From Deltaproteobacteria bacterium (lineage in GTDB: Bacteria; JACQOV01), in contig JACQOV010000108.1 in NCBI GenBank assembly GCA_016202395.1, forward strand, positions 1-16,706: DNA of 16,706 bases, read 5' to 3'. Below the pieces are notes generated by a model. That model was not told the origin of the DNA, made no database searches, and was given only the letters and a program-made list of their open reading frames with translations. A program made the position numbers and the translations under genes. Positions 14,644 through 16,706 of this stretch are shown piece after piece. How positions within the stretch are numbered: position 1 is the stretch's first letter; each line of letters starts with the position of its first letter.

Positions 14644-14680
14644 AAACCGAAATACCGAGGCCGAACCCCCATCTTTTTCT
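14644..14680 (+). repeat. Right copy 2 of the dispersed repeat (AAACCGAAATACCGAGGCCGAACCCCCATCTTTTTCT).
   Basis: 15-nt exact match to 13320-13334 plus the related 3' half. Confidence 0.5.
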
Positions 14681-14991
14681 TACCAACAGTGCCAGAAGTA
14701 AATACCATTCCCCTCCCGCCGGCAGTAACATAAACGATCTCCCATGCCATCATCCCTCTGTAAAAATTTTAATCTCCCTCTTTCGGAATTTTCGTTGCAA
14801 TCGGAGGGACTATCACCGCCAGGTTTAAACCAACCCATGTTCCCCATAGATCCCGCATCTGAGCCTGAAGAAGGTTGAAATTGGATATCTCTGGCTTGGA
14901 TGCCTCCACCAGCATGAAAATCTCCGGAACCAAAAAACTGGAACGCTGCTCCTCCATTGTCATAACAAAGGGCACCACCATTTAGAATCAC
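14680..14991 (-). CDS. Possible small Gly-rich protein (103 aa, GTG start) downstream of the tail-fibre-repeat gene. Weak call.
   Basis: Longest ORF in a 470-bp gap. Gly-rich N-terminus like the upstream gene. No recognisable motif. Only a weak SD-like GGGGAAGG 10 nt before the GTG. Confidence 0.2.
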   Translation of the reverse strand: MILNGGALCYDNGGAAFQFFGSGDFHAGGGIQARDIQFQPSSGSDAGSMGNMGWFKPGGDSPSDCNENSERGRLKFLQRDDGMGDRLCYCRREGNGIYFWHCW

Positions 14992-15025
14992 ATCCTTACA
15001 ACCTTCCCCACCAAAACCAGGGTGA

Positions 15026-16264
15026 TCAAACGATCAAGATGTCATTCTCTATAGAAATATCAAAATAATTCCCAGTGCTATCAATGAAACTGATATTTTT
15101 GGACAGAAGCACATCCAAAATAATATCATCCGCTCGAATGTCTCCGTTGACATCGAGTTTGTATTGAGAATTAGGAGAAGTGCCTATCCCCATATTGCCT
15201 GTGATTATTTGAACTCCTTGATCGCTGATCCGAGCAATGTCGGCCTCGCCCACTACAAATGTATGGCTTGTGGACGCTACGACTCCATAGTTCATCCCTC
15301 CTCCATGCCCCAGGACATAGGATGAAACTCCTTCTCCCGTTAAATTCAGTCTCGCGCCAAACATCTGCCCCTCCACATACAAATCCTGATCTGATCGCAA
15401 ACTCCCATACGTGTGGATATCCCCTCCATCCACATCCAGCTTGTAGTCGGGAACCGCCCTCCCAATCCCCACATTGCCAGCATCTAACATAAGATTCGCA
15501 TCGGGATCTCCATTGTAATCTAATGCCCGAATTTTGTATAAATCGGGTGTATCTGCGGTAATTTGCAAACGCCTCCAAGAATCATAATATATCTGCAAAT
15601 CGCCAGGATTAATGTAAGTACTCTTCCCTCCCCCCGCGATACTTAACTTCGCCTCCGGTCTTGTCGTCCCGATGCCCACGTTGCCATTGCCCTGAACAGT
15701 GAGGTAATCGTTCGTTCCAGGAATGCCTCCAGAGGCGCTGATCTTGAATTTATGCACATCGGATCGGTCAACTCCAATCGTCCAAGCGTCCTCACCCCCT
15801 ATGTCTCCCGTGCCAGGATGATCGAATTTGATGATGGTGTCTCCTGCATTAAGACCGCCGTTACTGAGTATTAGTCGAATGTTTTTGTTATCTGTCCCAT
15901 CTCCTCGAATCTGCACCCCCCCATTATCTTGAGTATTTCTAACATCGAGAGCATAACCCGGATCCGCCGTTCCCACACCCAAATTGCCATTGGCCACGAT
16001 AAAATCCCCTTGGGAACCCATGGCGTAAGGGACGGAAACCAGGTGCTGATAAGCTACCTTCTGTGGATCAGAATCCCCATCCATCTTTTCCCATCCACTC
16101 CCATCGGCATCTCCCAACATCACCTGCAAATACAACTCCGATCCCACTATGACATTCTCGTCATCTCCTATGTCATTCCAGCTCCCTAACTCCACGGAAA
16201 AAATCCCTCCACTCACTTCTACCGGTTCCGTCACAGCCGAGGACCATTCCTCCTCCCATACCAC
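15026..16264 (-). CDS. Gly/Asp-rich surface or tail-fibre-like protein with four tandem GN[LVM]G[IV]GT..P..KLDV repeats (phage tail-fibre-type repeat).
   Basis: 412 aa. GTG start at 16264 with SD-like GGGGAGG upstream. Repeats NLGVGTADPGYALDV / NVGIGTTRPEAKLSI / NVGIGRAVPDYKLDV / NMGIGTSPNSQYKLDV. No in-frame signal peptide (see the finding on 16231-16425). Confidence 0.75.
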   Translation of the reverse strand: MVWEEEWSSAVTEPVEVSGGIFSVELGSWNDIGDDENVIVGSELYLQVMLGDADGSGWEKMDGDSDPQKVAYQHLVSVPYAMGSQGDFIVANGNLGVGTADPGYALDVRNTQDNGGVQIRGDGTDNKNIRLILSNGGLNAGDTIIKFDHPGTGDIGGEDAWTIGVDRSDVHKFKISASGGIPGTNDYLTVQGNGNVGIGTTRPEAKLSIAGGGKSTYINPGDLQIYYDSWRRLQITADTPDLYKIRALDYNGDPDANLMLDAGNVGIGRAVPDYKLDVDGGDIHTYGSLRSDQDLYVEGQMFGARLNLTGEGVSSYVLGHGGGMNYGVVASTSHTFVVGEADIARISDQGVQIITGNMGIGTSPNSQYKLDVNGDIRADDIILDVLLSKNISFIDSTGNYFDISIENDILIV

Positions 16265-16425
16265 GCTCCCCTCCCCACAACTCGCATCGATGCATAACCT
16301 AAAAACATCCCTACCGGAGTGGTCACCGGCCCGTTATGACTCTCCAACACCCCTTGGTAGGAGAGACGAGCGGCAAAGGCAGGGAAGGTGAAGAGAAAGG
16401 CCATGAAGAGAAGAATCCCCCTCAC
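16231..16425 (-). CDS. Short ORF encoding a canonical signal peptide (M/V-RGILLFMAFLFTFPAFAA) plus about 45 aa. Possibly the displaced 5' end of the tail-fibre-repeat gene (frameshift). Alternatively a longer ORF from ATG 16638.
   Basis: GTG at 16425 with SD GGGGAGAGG 7 nt upstream. The signal peptide lies in a different frame from ORF 15026-16264, which it overlaps by 34 nt. The upstream ATG 16638 has SD GGAGGT but would add a 70-aa low-complexity extension encoded by the palindrome array. Confidence 0.3.
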   Translation of the reverse strand: MRGILLFMAFLFTFPAFAARLSYQGVLESHNGPVTTPVGMFLGYASMRVVGRGAWYGRRNGPRL

Positions 16426-16625
16426 CTGGAATCCTCTCCCCTTGGGGGAGAGGAAAGAAGGGGAGATTGCTTCGCCCCTCCCAAGGGAGGGACTCGCAAT
16501 GACAGAATCGGAGTAACCCCCTCTAGCTCCCCCTTGTCTCAAGGGGGAGGAAGAAGAGGACGCCCCTCGCTTCAAGGGGGAGAATGCAGAAAAAGCCCCT
16601 TTGGAAAAAGGGGAAGAAGAATGAG
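16341..16625. repeat. Array of six degenerate GC-rich hairpin palindromes of form CCCCT(N3-9)AGGGG (stems 5-10 bp), spaced about 36-92 bp. Stem-loops at 16341-16366, 16433-16453, 16476-16491, 16527-16549, 16563-16579 and 16606-16623.
   Basis: Each unit was folded by hand. Example: cctctcccc-ttg-ggggagagg (9-bp stem). Confidence 0.6.
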
Positions 16626-16660
16626 CATCGGTTTTCATGGGTACCTCCAGTTTTTTATGG

Positions 16661-16684
16661 TCATCCCCGTGAAAGCGGGGATGA
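16661..16684. other. 9-bp-stem hairpin TCATCCCCG-tgaaag-CGGGGATGA just upstream (minus sense) of the SD/ATG at 16638.
   Basis: Exact inverted repeat. The flanking T-run lies on the wrong side for a canonical terminator on either strand. Confidence 0.35.
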
Positions 16685-16706
16685 CGACAAAATGATACGC
16701 AAGAAG

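Noticed and set aside
14379-14753. ORF 14379-14753(-), 124 aa.
   Set aside because: It overlaps the ATPase 3' end on the opposite strand. Its frame runs through the two repeat copies, which each read ...KKMG.., explaining the spurious openness.
14769-14981. ORF 14769-14981(-).
   Set aside because: Alternative frame of the weak 14680-14991 ORF, with no supporting signal.
15171-16189. ORFs 15171-15578(-), 15259-15492(+) and 15929-16189(+).
   Set aside because: Embedded in the repeat-rich fibre-like gene.
16341-16625. Possible CRISPR array.
   Set aside because: The units are 17-26 bp, mutually divergent, individually palindromic and separated by unequal 15-65 bp spacers (36-92 bp unit-to-unit). 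This is inconsistent with CRISPR repeats of 28 bp or more that are identical and regularly spaced.
16336-16695. ORF 16336-16695(+), 119 aa.
   Set aside because: A plus-strand reading of the palindrome array gives a repetitive SPLxxGG peptide. There is no SD and it runs into the window end.

Overview
This 16.7 kb window looks like bacterial chromosome. GC is moderate, roughly 50-55% by eye, and I cannot determine the organism. It contains a backbone of housekeeping genes (priA, a GMC-family FAD oxidoreductase, galU, a tandem-GAF protein and dksA) interleaved with accessory-looking material. The ORF track's 'M' includes GTG/TTG starts, so several true starts are probably internal ATGs that have good Shine-Dalgarno (SD) sequences.

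Accessory or unusual content, in window order:
- A roughly 300 bp MITE-like long palindrome at the left edge.
- A perfect sigma-54 (-24/-12) promoter driving an orphan acidic, Cys-rich lipoprotein.
- A visibly AT-richer block next to a tRNA-Ala(CGC) carrying a brnT/brnA toxin-antitoxin pair, an SPFH/prohibitin gene, a tiny zinc-ribbon membrane protein and a DUF1304-like membrane protein.
- On the minus strand, three genes in a row: a lipoprotein with a cytochrome-c-like domain bearing an atypical CX4CH motif, then a signal peptide + CXXCH + beta-barrel protein with Cyc2-like fused cytochrome-porin architecture, then a four-helix membrane protein.
- A divergent pair of near-consensus sigma-70 promoters that appear to give leaderless or near-leaderless transcripts.
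- An AAA/DUF4143 ATPase gene flanked by copies of a dispersed roughly 30 bp repeat containing GGATCCCATC, with five copies in the window.
- An isolated Gly/Asp-rich tail-fibre-repeat protein.
- An array of six degenerate GC-rich CCCCT...AGGGG hairpin palindromes at the right edge.

The most interesting candidate system is the putative periplasm-to-outer-membrane electron conduit (CX4CH lipoprotein + Cyc2-like porin-cytochrome + membrane protein, about 11155-13313). All functional calls come from reading motifs by eye. No database searches were run.
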